Below are positions 50,030 through 62,764 of a stretch of 64,000 nucleotides of DNA, piece after piece (position 1 is the stretch's first letter; each line of letters begins with the position of its first letter). The notes beneath the pieces are model-generated. The model made no database searches. It worked only from the letters and a program-made list of their open reading frames with translations, and was not told where the DNA came from. Both the position numbers and the translations under genes were made by a program. The DNA is from Phoronis australis (lineage: Eukaryota; Animalia; Phoronida), in contig NMRA01000199.1 of the NCBI GenBank assembly GCA_002633005.1, forward strand, positions 189,321 through 253,320, written 5' to 3'.

Positions 50030-50895
50030 ACCGTTTTTGAGATTTCATGTTGAATATTTATGTCAAATAAATTTGGTAAGTTGATACCGCTGTTTTGCTA
50101 TCTATGTACCCGTCTTCTTGTTAAACTTTCCAAAAATGACATGTCCATGTGACCAAATTAACATTATATTTGAAAAGTCAAAAATCGAATTTTATACAGG
50201 CTTTTTACTTTCAGAAATTATTTACTTTTGCGGAGTTAAATTTAAATTTTTGCAGATTGGATAAATGCACAGATATGTGGACAAAATCTTACATAACCTT
50301 AATCCATCTCCAAATGTCCGAGTTTTGTCAGCTTGCAGTCATGAAACCTTGGGCAGTTGGGAGAATTGAGTTTCCCAATGTACGGCATCCCAACACTAAC
50401 ATAATAAAGTACTAGCGTGAGCAACAAGGAAACTTAAGGTATTGTCATTGTTATAAGTGTCTGCGGTCGTTTGTTTTGATTTCTGAAGTGGATTTTACAT
50501 TTGGTTATTCGAAAACACGTTGTAACTAATGGTCTAGATCTAAACTTCAAAACCAGCCGTAAACAATGTTCCCCTTGTGCATGAGGGGTTATAATTTTCT
50601 TGCAAAATCAAAAGTTGGATAAAACATTATAAACAACTGTAACAGCATTTTTGAGATTTCATCTTCGATATTTTATCAACTGAAATTTGGTCACGTAATT
50701 GATATCATTGTTACGCTATCAATCAGCCTTTCTTTTTGCTAAGATTTTCTAAAAAAAATAGTGAAGAAACCCAGTTAACGACAGCTATGCTGGCAAGGAG
50801 CCAAACATCAAATTCTACAGGCTTTCTATTACCTGAAAACTTTTACTTAGTTAAGTCTATAAGCAGTTGTGTAGATATTTGGCTAAAGCACACTT
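50030..50895. repeat. Two diverged tandem copies of an old repeat (Kolobok-like, first copy ends CCTTAA)
   Basis: TTTTGAGATTTCAT...AAATTTGGT...GCTATC...TACAGGCTTT...TTTACTT...AGATAT.TGG occurs at ~50035-50302 and again at ~50649-50890. Confidence 0.5.
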
Positions 50896-50973
50896 GGTTT
50901 TACATGCGCTTACGAAAAGTCATTACTATCAGAAGAAAGGATGAAAAGAATATAAAATTTCAAATCCAGTTAC

Positions 50974-51025
50974 CAGTAATCGTCACCGTGAAGAAGAGTA
51001 GCAGGACGCATAGAGTCGCCGCCAT
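50974..51025 (-). CDS. Exon 1 (signal peptide) of the propeller-phosphatase fusion gene
   Basis: GCA-ATG-G start context, MAATLCVLLLFFTVTIT, donor G|GTAACT. Phase 1 matches exon 2, giving the signal peptide MAATLCVLLLFFTVTITGTQA|QF. Total 577 aa. Confidence 0.78.
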
Positions 51026-54000
51026 TGCAGGTGCTCACCTGACAATCTGTTCTAATCTTCGAACTGAATAATGGGTGCAGTGAGAGACAACATGTGTTGA
51101 CTGACCGAGTTCAGATGTCCCAACAAACGCTTTTCTTTTATTGTCACTGTTTCATCTCCCATTGCTTCATTTGTTTTGACGGGTAGTTTGTAATTTATTC
51201 TAAGATATCAACACATGTCAGAACAGATTGAACTTGAAGAGAAAGTTATTATTATGACAACATACATATGGACAGACAAACGTTCAAAAGCAGAACCCGG
51301 TAAGGTATTAATTATACTCCTCCACACGTTAGCGGTAACTAATGGGTAATTACTAAAACTGACACAAGGGGGTACAGTGTACATCATCCAGAGTAGCCCG
51401 AAACCTAGCATGTAGTGTTCTTTCTCTGAATGAGTCTTTAGTGTGCAGTTCATAAGATCCACAAGTGACCTGAGAATAGGTAAAGCATACAGAACCGGTC
51501 TTATCTAGGCCGTGGGTGGTACAGCTTCAGTTTTTTACTCCTGTGCCGTGTCAGGGCAATTTCGTTTACCCTGCGTGACTACATTATTTTCATTTAGTTT
51601 TTGAAAAGTCCTCGCATTTTAAGTTGTACATTTTTTGTAAAACAGCAGATTTCATACCCTTCGAGTACGCCATTACTGTGAGAAAGGTTGCGCTCTATGT
51701 TGTCTCCTTAGCCAAGGTGGCATAGTACATGGTTATTACAGGGTTTTGGCTGCCGACGAACACCTAAGTGGAGATGAATCCTTACCTCACGTCGTTATCA
51801 AGAGCCTAAAAAACAAAAGGTTTTGTAGCATTCCAACTCACAAGCACTACTCATGATAACTGAAATTTAATTATGCTACACATTTTAATGGTTAATTCAC
51901 AGCGAAAAAACTTGCAGCATAGAAAAATAAGACCAAAAAACCCCCAAATTTGACAGTTTTCTCCCCAAACTATGCTATCTCATCACAAGTTCAGAACAAG
52001 GTGCCTCTACGTGCGGAGACCTTTTTTTGAATGCTGGATACATTTCAAAAGTAAATTTATCTAATCAGGTGTGTTGTTTTTTTTTGCAAATAACATGGGC
52101 AGAATTTAGTGATCGCATAAAGAATGCCTTTCTTTAGAAGATAAGAGAAAGGTGCGTCACCAGTTCTTAAGAAGCTAATAATTACATGGTCGTGTCTACT
52201 GATAGCCACTGCATGCCATTGTTAGAATCAAAACGTGCACAGGAAGCACGTGAAATTCCCAAGGTGTTGTTCTACAAACCATGCTGAAATTGTACTGTTA
52301 AGCCAAAGAAACAGTATAGTTGTCTCTGATTTTTTAAAAAGTGATGACGCGTTCTTTTACTTAAGTCTTCCAGCAAGTCTATAAAACGGGTCGAGACTTT
52401 TCTGCCAGCTGAATTGGGTGGAGATTCTTTTTCCAGCATCACCCGAAGCCAGCTGAAACTCATCGATATTTTTTCCACATCGTCACCGGATGCCTGTAGA
52501 AAAGGGTGGGATCCATTTTTTCTTTTTATTAACAGAGTGGTGCTTGTATCAAAATCAGTCAGTCGCATATCGGAACTCATTGCGCTTTTTGGGGCCTTGC
52601 AAATGAGCTAGTCACTTGCATTAATGTCGTTCTTTTAACATTACGAAATTGTCAAGGCGTCATAGACAATGTCGTAATGATCTCCTTTTGGGTAGTAAAC
52701 AAATCTGGTAAGGTTTTGTGTTGCTAACCCTTTAGTCTCCTTTTTTCAATCATTAAATCTTTTGAATGAGACTTTACATACAGAACTTATTTGCTTAAGG
52801 TAAAACTGCGTGATTAATTAGGGAAATTCTTATGTTCAGTTAAAGGAAATTCGCACTTGCCTCTCTTTCATTGCAATCAAACTTGTGTTGGTGCATCTGA
52901 ACATGCAAACATGGCTACAAAGAATAACACTTCTGTGGATCATAATTTTGCTATCTGAAAATGAATTCATAGGTACATCTTCCTTGGAATAATAGTTCTG
53001 TTTTTAGAACAAATCAATACAAGAATACAAATCCCGCGATTTATGCTACATACACAATGTTGTAGATAAGACATCTTTGGCTAAACGGTTTCTTACTTGT
53101 TTTCTTCCAATAACAGTGACAGAAAAAAATTCTTTCTATTTAAATAAGTGTGTACCCCAAACTAGTTGTAATTTAGTCAAACACCACGTTATTGTGTTAT
53201 TTTTAAAACTATATTACATTTGTGTTCACAAAATTAAGTTATTCTCTTCAGCTAAATGCCAAGTCTTTGTAGGAGAATGTCATGCCTGCTACCCAATGTC
53301 TACTTCGTTTTCAAGACAGTTTCTTTTGCTAAATTACTGATAGTGAACAAATTGAGTTTTCTGGTTTTTGTAATATCCAACCTTCCTAAAACTAAAACTT
53401 TTGCCACTCACAAAAAAATATGACGTAACATATGTTACAGTCCAACTAATATCAAAATCAATTTGGATGTTGTCAAGTGCCTTGAGTTATAATGTCCTTC
53501 CTAACGCTATGCCACGGCCATTACCTGTCATCTACGCAAACACCATTCGGGCGAAGTTGGCCGGATACGATCCGATGATTACGTGAAGCGCTTTGTATTA
53601 GAATCAAATTCAAAATTACGACTAACTTAGCTACCATTGTAGTTAGTAGCACCAGTGGCTGCAACAATTTTGTTGTTGTTGNTTGTTGTTGTAGTCCATC
53701 TATATCCGATCTGTTGGTACTGCTAATTCCAGAAATCGATTCTAATCTGAATGAAGAAAAGTTTGAGACTTCCTGTGCACGGGCAAAAGGAGTAAACCGA
53801 AAGGCAGTTTTTGATAGAAATCAGATATGCGGCAGTTTTAGATTCATTCTACGATAAATCAAGTACAAATGATGCTCCTGCTATTGTGTGTCACGAATTG
53901 GCTTGTGCTACATCGTGGCACCTATATGCTTCTGCTTCTTGAAGTAACAAAGTTATTGAAAACAATTTTGGGAAGAATTTGGCATCATTCACATTGTTTT

Positions 54001-54630
54001 CCAGCTCAAGCTTAGCAATGTAACTTTTTTCTGAGTCCTCTCTTCTTACCGCAGTCTGAACCTGTAAAACAGAAACAACTTTTGCTGTGATTACGAAAAA
54101 TATTATCACACAGACATTTATCAATGTTGAGCAAATTAGAAAGCAAAGCAGTTGGATCCCTAGCCGAAAGTTAAATCAGCAACGAACCCTGTTTCCACCA
54201 CAAAACCAGACTTTTCATTTGGACAACTTATCATCATGAAATTGGTCTCGATTTTTTCCTCAGTGAAAATGCAGATAATTTCAGAAATAACTGCCACTTC
54301 TTCGCAAATCCAGAAGCCACTTTTCACCTGTGTAAGGAGCAGGCCGAGACCAATTTTTGTATCTCAGTAAGTGGAGTGAATCAAAAGCTAGCTTCTTGAA
54401 TAGGATACCCCTTAAAAGCCGCTTAACAAGAAAATCGTAAGTAAGCCTTATCGGCTCTCACAAAACAGTCTGAAAATCCTTCCTATTATAGAAAATGATA
54501 ACAACAAACCTGTCGAATTCATATGTTTTTGACAACTTTTATTCGCCGATATCAAGAACGGTCTATTTGTAGTAGGGCTCGTAATCATTTGTGGACAGTA
54601 TTGGGAATATTCTCTGTGGTAGTGTAACCT

Positions 54631-54771
54631 GGCGTGCGTTCAGTAACGCTAGGACCTAGCTAAAATCTAGCCAAAGTCACGTGCTCTCATTTGAAATACA
54701 CGGCAATTTCTCGCGTAATCTCACGAAGTCTTGCTTTTTAGCGAGGTCCTAGCCTTACTGAACGGGAGGCT
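54631..54771. mobile_element. ~140-bp palindromic MITE, copy 1
   Basis: CGTTCAGTAACGCTAGGACCTAGCTAAAA pairs with TTTTAGCGAGGTCCTAGCCTTACTGAACG (27/29). Homologous copies at 60083 and 60382. Confidence 0.8.
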
Positions 54772-57313
54772 GGTTTACAATTTGCTGGTTTGGTGAGGAT
54801 AAAAAAGAAATGCCTCTCAAACAATCTGGTCCATTATATTTATTTATCAATCTATTTACTTATAGCCAATAAAATGTCTAGACACAGCTACTTGAGGGCA
54901 ACAGTACAGTTTGAAAACATTTTGTTGAACCTACGTGTACCGTTACGATCAAGAGTCCGGACACTGATGATATAGGAGACACCGAGGGGAGTCTGGGGTA
55001 CATTCAGGATTTCAAAAATAGGGCGTCCAACATGAGTTTCCTAATTTCTCAAAGCATCCATGACTGATGACGCATGACTTCATTTTGATGAACCCAAGTC
55101 AAATTGCTGCTATAGTGTGGTGTGTTACTGTAGAAACATGGGTCTGCAATAGTTCTTGTATGTCATATATCTGAACTAACTTTTGTGTTGACCTCCAGGT
55201 GGTGCTGTTAGCAACTTAAAAGCGACACCAATGCTTTCTGTTCTTGGGCATCCTTAATGCTTATCCGGGCGTGTTAAAAGGATACCTTTCCATGGTTGAC
55301 ACTTTAGATTTAAAAGATCATTTAAGGTAGGAGGCGTGACTCCTCATTGTGAGAGAATATTGGTATTCAAGTTCGTCTACTTTTTCATCGCGGTCAATGT
55401 TTTAACATGATCGCGTTTTGGGTTGTTCAGGTCACATGTTTTGATGCTTCGTATGAGCGTATTATCCTGATTTTGTGACCAATTTGAATTTTGTGAACAA
55501 TTTACAGTGCCGGATTAATTGTAAGGAAAACGGTCAGTCGCGCCGGGGCAACCCTTCCAAAGAGGAGTTCCAAGGAGTGGACTTTAATTTGAAAGAACGT
55601 TACTCTAATACGAAAGGTTACGTCACTTACAAGAAAAGAGTGATAGTTGATCATCGGGTCGCTCTCCTTAATTTCGATACCTTCCCTGACATAAAAAGGT
55701 GACGTACGATTTTACAAAAAAGGAAGAGAATCTCTTTCTGGGAGTCGCCCTATTAGAAAAAGGATATAAAGAACAGAAACAGGAAACGTTTGCCATGCAC
55801 ACCATCTTCAACCTCCAAAACCTGAGATTTGTATCAAGTAACATACAATTTAAAAAATAGACAGCCTCAGTTAAATTACTCTATTATCCCTTAACAAAAA
55901 GGGGTCTGGAGAGATATGCAGATTTGCAATCTCTAAAAATTGTTTTCTTGAAATTCTAGGCTTTTAACGTAACGAGAAATCAAAGAACAGTCGCCATAGT
56001 TAAAATCTCCATAACGTGTCACTTTATTTCTAAAACTATCAGATGGTAAAGCACACATCTATATTACAGTCGCATTAAAATTGAGTGAGAGCAATTTTTT
56101 CTACTGCTGGGCCATTCAGCAAGACGGAGCTTACACTTCGCAGAATAAACAGGAATCTTCATTCAACCATAGAACAGAGTTCTATGACTAAGCCTAGTCG
56201 GTGAACCAGCCCTTAAATTTAAGAACTGAGTGGCTACATCCAAGCTACGTACAACTGCGGGTAGGAAATCAGTGCGCCCATGTCGTCTACCGCAGTCGCC
56301 GCCGCCTCTAACTCCACCACCACTTCCATCTCCACCACCAACACCACCACTCTGTTACGTCTCTTAAACCGCCTTTCGGTGTATGGCGTGTTGGGCGGTG
56401 TGCGAGCCGTGTTTGTGTTTTGCCGGGTGAAGTCCAGTTTCCACCAGCCCATAATGCACAAAGTGTGATGGGTGATGCCATATCGAATTTAAGTCGCTTT
56501 ATAGTTGCGAAGATCCATTTTTGAAATGCGTAAAGCGTAATCCATACTGCGTTTACTTGAAACGGGTGTTTGAATACGAGAAGGTCTAGCGGGGAGGGAG
56601 AATTTTGTTTTGATGACGTCACGGTCGTGTTTTCCCAATATGGAACTGCCAAGAAACCCACTACAGTGGCAAGTTAACGAGTCAGGTGTCTAAATGGTAA
56701 TTGCCTACCCCCTGCTCTTCGTACGAGGCAAATTTGAGTTTTCCCATATAAATAAAGCGTCAGCTATACGTCATTTGCTGCCTGCACCCTGAAATTGCTT
56801 TGAGAGCAACAATGCTTAGATGTGGACCGTTGGATTTTGTCTACCTGCTGAGTTGTATCTTAGAACTACACGTAATAGCGCGCCAAATTATTGTTCCTCG
56901 AAAGCGCATAATTTTGTACGGACATAGTGCAACCATATCACATAGGCTATCGCAACAGGTACATACGTCACTCATCACGCCTCATGGAAGCTTCGCCCCA
57001 AATCCTAAAGATGGCGTTATTGCCGCCATTCTTGAAGCAGAAGGCATTGTTTTGGTTATTGTTTGAAAGAAAGGTTGTTCGCCCTCTTTTTACAATTCTT
57101 TTAGAGATTAATAGCTTCATAGAGAAAATTGATCTGTTTTCGAATCAAAATACACCATTTTTTCAATAATTTAGACCTAAATTGTTGTAATAAACCGTTA
57201 GTTTTCATTTTTGTTTAATACTGCAGAAAATTTTTAATTTATTATAATACTCATGGTATTCCAGCGATTTCCGTGAAATCGTGTCAAAATTCTGACTCAT
57301 TTGATTGTCTATA

Positions 57314-57369
57314 ACCAAGCCTCAAATGGCTAAACCGTTCAGGGCATCTTGAGGCTTGTGGACGAGGCT
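57314..57369 (+). mobile_element. Solo TIR of the 43617-44198 transposon family
   Basis: ACCAAGCCTCAAATGGCTAAACCGTTCAGGGCATCTTGAGGCTTGTGGACGAGGCT aligns with both TIRs of 43617-44198. Confidence 0.75.
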
Positions 57370-59231
57370 GGCCACATGGAAACACGGCTTCAGACGACAT
57401 GTTTAGCAGCCGGTGAGCTGTGTGCGTAAGCCGTGTTTAGGTAAAGGAATTCTATTTAGGAGTACAGCAGCCGTGTTCTGTGGAAAATCTGCACATGTAC
57501 GTGTGTATGTTTAATTAAAAATATGAAAAATGTATCATTTTGGATAGAGAAATGACCCAAATACGCATAAATACAAGGAATTATATCTACAGGTTTTAAA
57601 AACGATGCGATTAATATTCCGCTTAGGTCAAGTTTCGTATTTTCTACGATTTTTTAAATTCAGAATAGCACATTGTTAAGCAGTTAGTGCAACTAAGGCA
57701 AGTAAAACAAATGACGTCATTTGGTTCACATCATTCCATGACTACGTTTTTTCCTTAACTTCTCATATTACATAAAAATGGCCAACTAGTTAAATAGAAT
57801 ATCACGCAGGAACATTCTTGTAAACGTGGGTCTTAATGTTTTGATTTATGGATTTGAGCATTTGATGCTCGTCTGGCACGACATAACTTTAACCCAGCTT
57901 ACAGCGACAATTTTCAAGCTCTACATGTACGTTCTACACATCCTGTACGTAGTTCTCAAAAATGCAGCCATCGTGACGTCATGCAAAGTTTCCAATGCAC
58001 AGTATGAATCCTTGGGCATGAATGTTGTAGCAAAATAAGATCACAATATTGTACGCGTGTTTAAGTTTGTATCCATCACTATTAGTGATCACGTGAGAAA
58101 CGTTAGCCATATCTGTCCCTGTCTCAGTGTTACGTATTCACTTTCTGTTTTTCCAATTGACGACTCATTACAAATTCAATGTAGTCAATTAGTCCATCGT
58201 TGTTCTTGTCGGACTGTTGTAGAACTGTGTTGATGACCTCTGTAAAACAACAAAAAATTCAACCGAAATGCCCTGCACTGGAATATTAGCTTGCCATGCA
58301 TTTATTTCAAATTGCAAAATTGTAATTAGTAATTGGTCTCGAAAATTCACGATAACAGAAACCTTCTTAAGGCTTATTTCCCTTGTCTATAAAGAACAAT
58401 CAACAAAGTAAAAATCGAAAAGATATCGTAACTTCGAAAATTTTATCCCCGTATGAATTCGCGTTTTTACTAACAACTGAATTTTGATGACCAAATACAC
58501 TTTAACGCTTTTTTAATCACATTTGCTGTGAACATACGTTGAAGTTCAATTTCAACCCATGAAAATGTTTGCTGTGTCAGACGTTTAACACTTCGCACAA
58601 GTGAAATCTCTATGGCAGATTACTGGACAGGTCAAAATTTCAAACGCAATAGTTGAGTCGGAAAATGCGCACCCCCCACCCCTCCGTGCACACCCCTGAC
58701 ATCAACTTCTCAATTTCGTTTCAGTAAAGGAAATTTGGCGGGAAATGAAAAATTGAAGCGCAAGTTTACATTATTCTAACCGCGTTCGTTTCCTTTCGCC
58801 AAACTTTCGTCATACAACTCTTCATTTTCCCTTTCATCCAATTCAAAGACATCAGAGATTATGAAATCAATCACTGAGTTTGATGTGATAAAGTAATATA
58901 AACAAACTGGATCGGATCTAACAATCCTTCCTCTTTCACCATAAGGTTGTGACGTCAGGTGCCCGCAGTATGCCACCAGTTCACCATCATGCTTCTACAT
59001 GTATAGATTTTAAGGCAACACGATGATTTTCTCATTGATGATGTATAGCTTTTGTACAAACAGGTATGGGGGTAGTAGAACAAAGTCAATTTTAGACTTG
59101 TGAGTAAGATTTCCTCCTAACCCGTTGTGCAAGTCATTGGCACGATACTGACTTACGACTCTGGTCATGCAACAGGCAGAAGGACAGTTCCAACTCTTTC
59201 TTTACTTGAGTAGTCGCATCAGAACAGATAC

Positions 59232-59385
59232 CAGTGGTGGAGGCGCGTAGGCGCGCGTAAGCGAAGCCAACCACCTTTTGGCATTTGAACGTGACGCCTA
59301 CGCACCGCAAGTAACGTACAGTCCTCAAGGCGATACGGTGGGCTTTTGGCGCCAACTTACCTCTAATGTTACCACTACAGCACTG
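59232..59385. mobile_element. 154-bp hAT-type MITE with perfect 8-bp TSD (ACAGATAC)
   Basis: Ends CAGTGGTGGAG and reverse-complemented CAGTGCTGTAG (9/11). ACAGATAC at 59224-59231 and 59386-59393. Confidence 0.88.
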
Positions 59386-60082
59386 ACAGATACTAGTCTT
59401 AAACTTGAGATCTATTCGTTACAAGTATTTCAAAGGCCCACTACATTACCCTTAAATGGACTGGAGCAAGATGCTCCTGTGAATACTCAAAACCTCGAGT
59501 AATAGAGCTTCGCACGAATAATAGTGATTAGAGAAATTTTGGTCTAGAACAAATGGACGTAAACCTTTTCATACGTGTAAATATGCGATGAGTCGATAGG
59601 CTTTTCCCTCTACAATGGTCATTCAAGATTTCTTCTCCCTGAAATATTTGCTTTCTCACTACTCCAGTCTTGTAGTTATCTTAAAATTGGCATTCGGTGC
59701 TGTTTCTTTTTTAAGATTTCATGAAAAAAACGTTTTGAAAATCGCACAGCATTCTCACACTTGGTGCACCCAAAATAATTTATGATCCGGCACTTCCTAA
59801 AGGCTCTGATAGATTTTGGGTAACAAGAAGTGTTTTTTTCCACACCATCTTACCGAGTACTTGTAAACCTACTTCATGCTGGAGCTTACGTTACTGGAAA
59901 CTAAAAGTACGTACCCAGTGCTCTACCAACTTAGATGTATGAAGTTCCCCAGAATGTTGAAAATCTGCTGGTGTAATATCATCCACAAGTTTGCGAAGAC
60001 TTGAAACTCAGTTGGTGGCCGTAAAGAAGATACCTGGGGGTAGCAAATCTGATGGATGCGGGCTTTAGGCAGTACTTTGCCC

Positions 60083-60232
60083 GGCGTGCGTTCAGTAGCG
60101 CCAGGACCTACGCTAGGACCTAGCTAAAATCTAGCCAGTCACGTGTTCTCATTTAAAAAACACGGCAATATCTCACGCAATCTCGCGAAAGCTTGCTTTT
60201 TAGCGAGGTCCTAGCGTTACTGAAAGGGAGGT
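60083..60232. mobile_element. Palindromic MITE, copy 2 (with a short internal duplication in the left TIR)
   Basis: Colinear with 54631-54771. CGC(C/T)AGGACCTA is tandemly duplicated. Confidence 0.8.
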
Positions 60233-60381
60233 TGTTCTTGCCTGTCTAACTATGGTTCATACTCTGTGTATGTGTGTGATTTAACGAGGAACAAGAACTC
60301 TAGTGCTCTTCGCCTAATACTAGATTGCATCAGTGCATTTAAAGATAAATTAGTATAGTTCAGAAGCTGTCGCGCTGCGAG

Positions 60382-60459
60382 AAAAGTCTAGCCAGAATCA
60401 CGTGCTCTCATTGAAAATACACGCCAATATTTCACGTAATCACGCGAAGTCTTGTTTTT
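60382..60459. mobile_element. Palindromic MITE, partial copy 3 (core only)
   Basis: TCTAGCCAGAATCACGTGCTCTCATTGAAAATACACGCCAATATTTCACGTAATCACGCGAAGTCTTG matches the core of copies 1 and 2. Confidence 0.7.
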
Positions 60460-62068
60460 TTTATTTTCCCCACCAAAATTTCTTAACAGAAATGTAATTT
60501 GGAAATTGATATCCGGCGATGCACGGAACCCATTTCCGACTAGTAGACTACAAAAGTGAAAATTCCGCTGTTATGATTGTATCTCAGGGCTATAATGCCA
60601 AGAAAGCCACTTTGATTGTGACCAATTTGGGGTGGTGACTATCATAGCCTAAAAGGTGCACATCTACGTTCGTGAAGCTCATCGACCACTATAGCGCTTT
60701 TGTAATTTCATTTGTGCCAACAGGGAGCGCTGTTAGCTACCACTCGCCTTCGTTTTCTTTTAGCTCAGTCGCCACTTGTTTCTTTATTTCTGTCCAGGAG
60801 AGATTATTGTCCTCATGATGATGGTGACTCAGAGCGGACAATAACTCAAGACCGTCTAACTGCGTGTCGTTGTTGTAATCATGAAGTCTGTAATAAATAA
60901 CGCGCTAAACATCAATATCAAAGGAGCTACACTGTGTAGAATGCGGCAACGGTGGCGTCGATGGTGGCGGCATTACCAACAGACTGGGGCATTCAATTTG
61001 AAATGCATGATTCTCACTACTTCGTTATCCAGTTCATCCTAAGACATTTTTGTTAGCGTGGTACGAAGAGCGTGTGAGCGCACCTGTCCCGGATGCCGTC
61101 AGTTTCGTTCCCTCCTCGCCAACTTTTCACACCACGCCCTGTTATCATTACTTCCGATCCCGTTCGCCACCACTTTCGACCAGTGGCCAGCACTTTCGCG
61201 CTCCCTCAACCCCTCGCCCCAGCACATTGGTTCGGTTATCGGGAAGTTTCGTTGCCTCTAAAGCTTCATTACCTTCAAGGCATGGTTGTCAGTCTGTTGC
61301 AGAAACTCACCCCCACCCCGTTTCCTACGCCTGCATACATGTAGTTATCCTCGACACATATTTTTAAGAAAATCCATTGGTGCTTTTACGGACATTGTTA
61401 TGATGTGAATTTTAACCTGTCGTTTTGTCTGTACATTTTAAAGTTTACAGAATATCCACTTCAAATCGAATGCTATGATAAAGGACAGCATTTGATTTAA
61501 CGCATAAGCAAACCAAATACAAAACAAGATCACACAAGCAGTGAAGTGAAATACGTACTTAAAATAATGCCATTCCAGCTCATCTTCAGTCATCTTTGAG
61601 GGATCAAAGTCTGCTACACCGTCGTAATGATCTTTGATATGGCTGAAATACCAAACACGTGGACTTAAAAGGAATTATCGAGGTTCACATATTTTAATAT
61701 TAAAATCGTTATACGTTGATGTATATTTCAACATTTTTATTTTGAAGACTAAAACACCGAAAACAGTCATTGGTCATTTGCTGAAACACGCTCTTTACTT
61801 AATAATCATTCGACAACAGACATTTTTTTGGAAAATTCCAAAACTTAGGTACAATTAATTTACTAATTTGACTGGCAAATATCACAACCGGAACGATTCT
61901 CCCGCAATCGAAATTTTCATGAAGAGTGTGTTCGAGTACATGTATATTCAAATGTCTTTCAGAAATTATGAATGTGAAAAAATTAACAGCAGGTGATCCT
62001 CTCTGGCCCTTTTGTTTTCTTTGGTACTCAAGGGTTCTAATAATTTTGTCAGGTCTCGAAATGGGTGT

Positions 62069-62069
<1 letters not shown>

Positions 62070-62116
<47 letters not shown>
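62070..62116. repeat. (TG)n microsatellite
   Basis: Directly visible. Confidence 0.97.
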
Positions 62117-62117
<1 letters not shown>

Positions 62118-62605
62118 TATACCGTCTATTGTACACTGTTTTTGTGTTTTCAATAAATTCTTCAATAGCCGGAAAATTATTGAAAAAAATGGTAATTTTG
62201 GTTTCATGTACGTACATCATTTAACTTTTCCAGGTTTCCGACAAATATGTCCCGTAATCAAAAGCCCTTTATAAGAAGCTCGTCTTATAGATTTTACCCG
62301 AAATAAAATGAATGGTACGATTAGATGTGCACTCACAGAAAGCAAACACAAACACAAACGCAAATTTACACACAAGTCACTACCACAAGAATATATTTCC
62401 GCTAAACTTACTATCTTCAATAGGTGTTTTTTATTATTGGTTACGACTTCATGAACCGCCTATTTCTTGAACAGTGCATTAAAAGAACCATAAATCACCA
62501 ACAGCAGTATTCCCTCTGGGCAGTTTTTGAAAGTATTGAATGAACAACGTGAATGGTTTTTGCCAGAATTCAATATTTTCGGACAGTCTCATGCAAGAAC
62601 TTGTC

Positions 62606-62764
62606 TAAAAATCATGCGCACGAACCACAAAAGTAATACACAAGAGCACCGAGTCACACGCACGAAACCTTATCGTTTGGTGCTTCGTGCGTGTGGTTCG
62701 GATCCTCGTGAGTGTGATTTGTGTTTGTATGTGCGATTTTTGTGGCTTGTGAGCATGATTTTTA
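62606..62764. repeat. Long imperfect inverted repeat (foldback/MITE-like)
   Basis: TAAAAATCATGCGCACGAACCACAAAA pairs with TTTTGTGGCTTGTGAGCATGATTTTTA. Inner CACACGCACGAA pairs with TTCGTGCGTGTG. Confidence 0.75.

Noticed and set aside
61926-62274. CVCV/THTH ORFs
   Set aside because: Translations of (TG)n.
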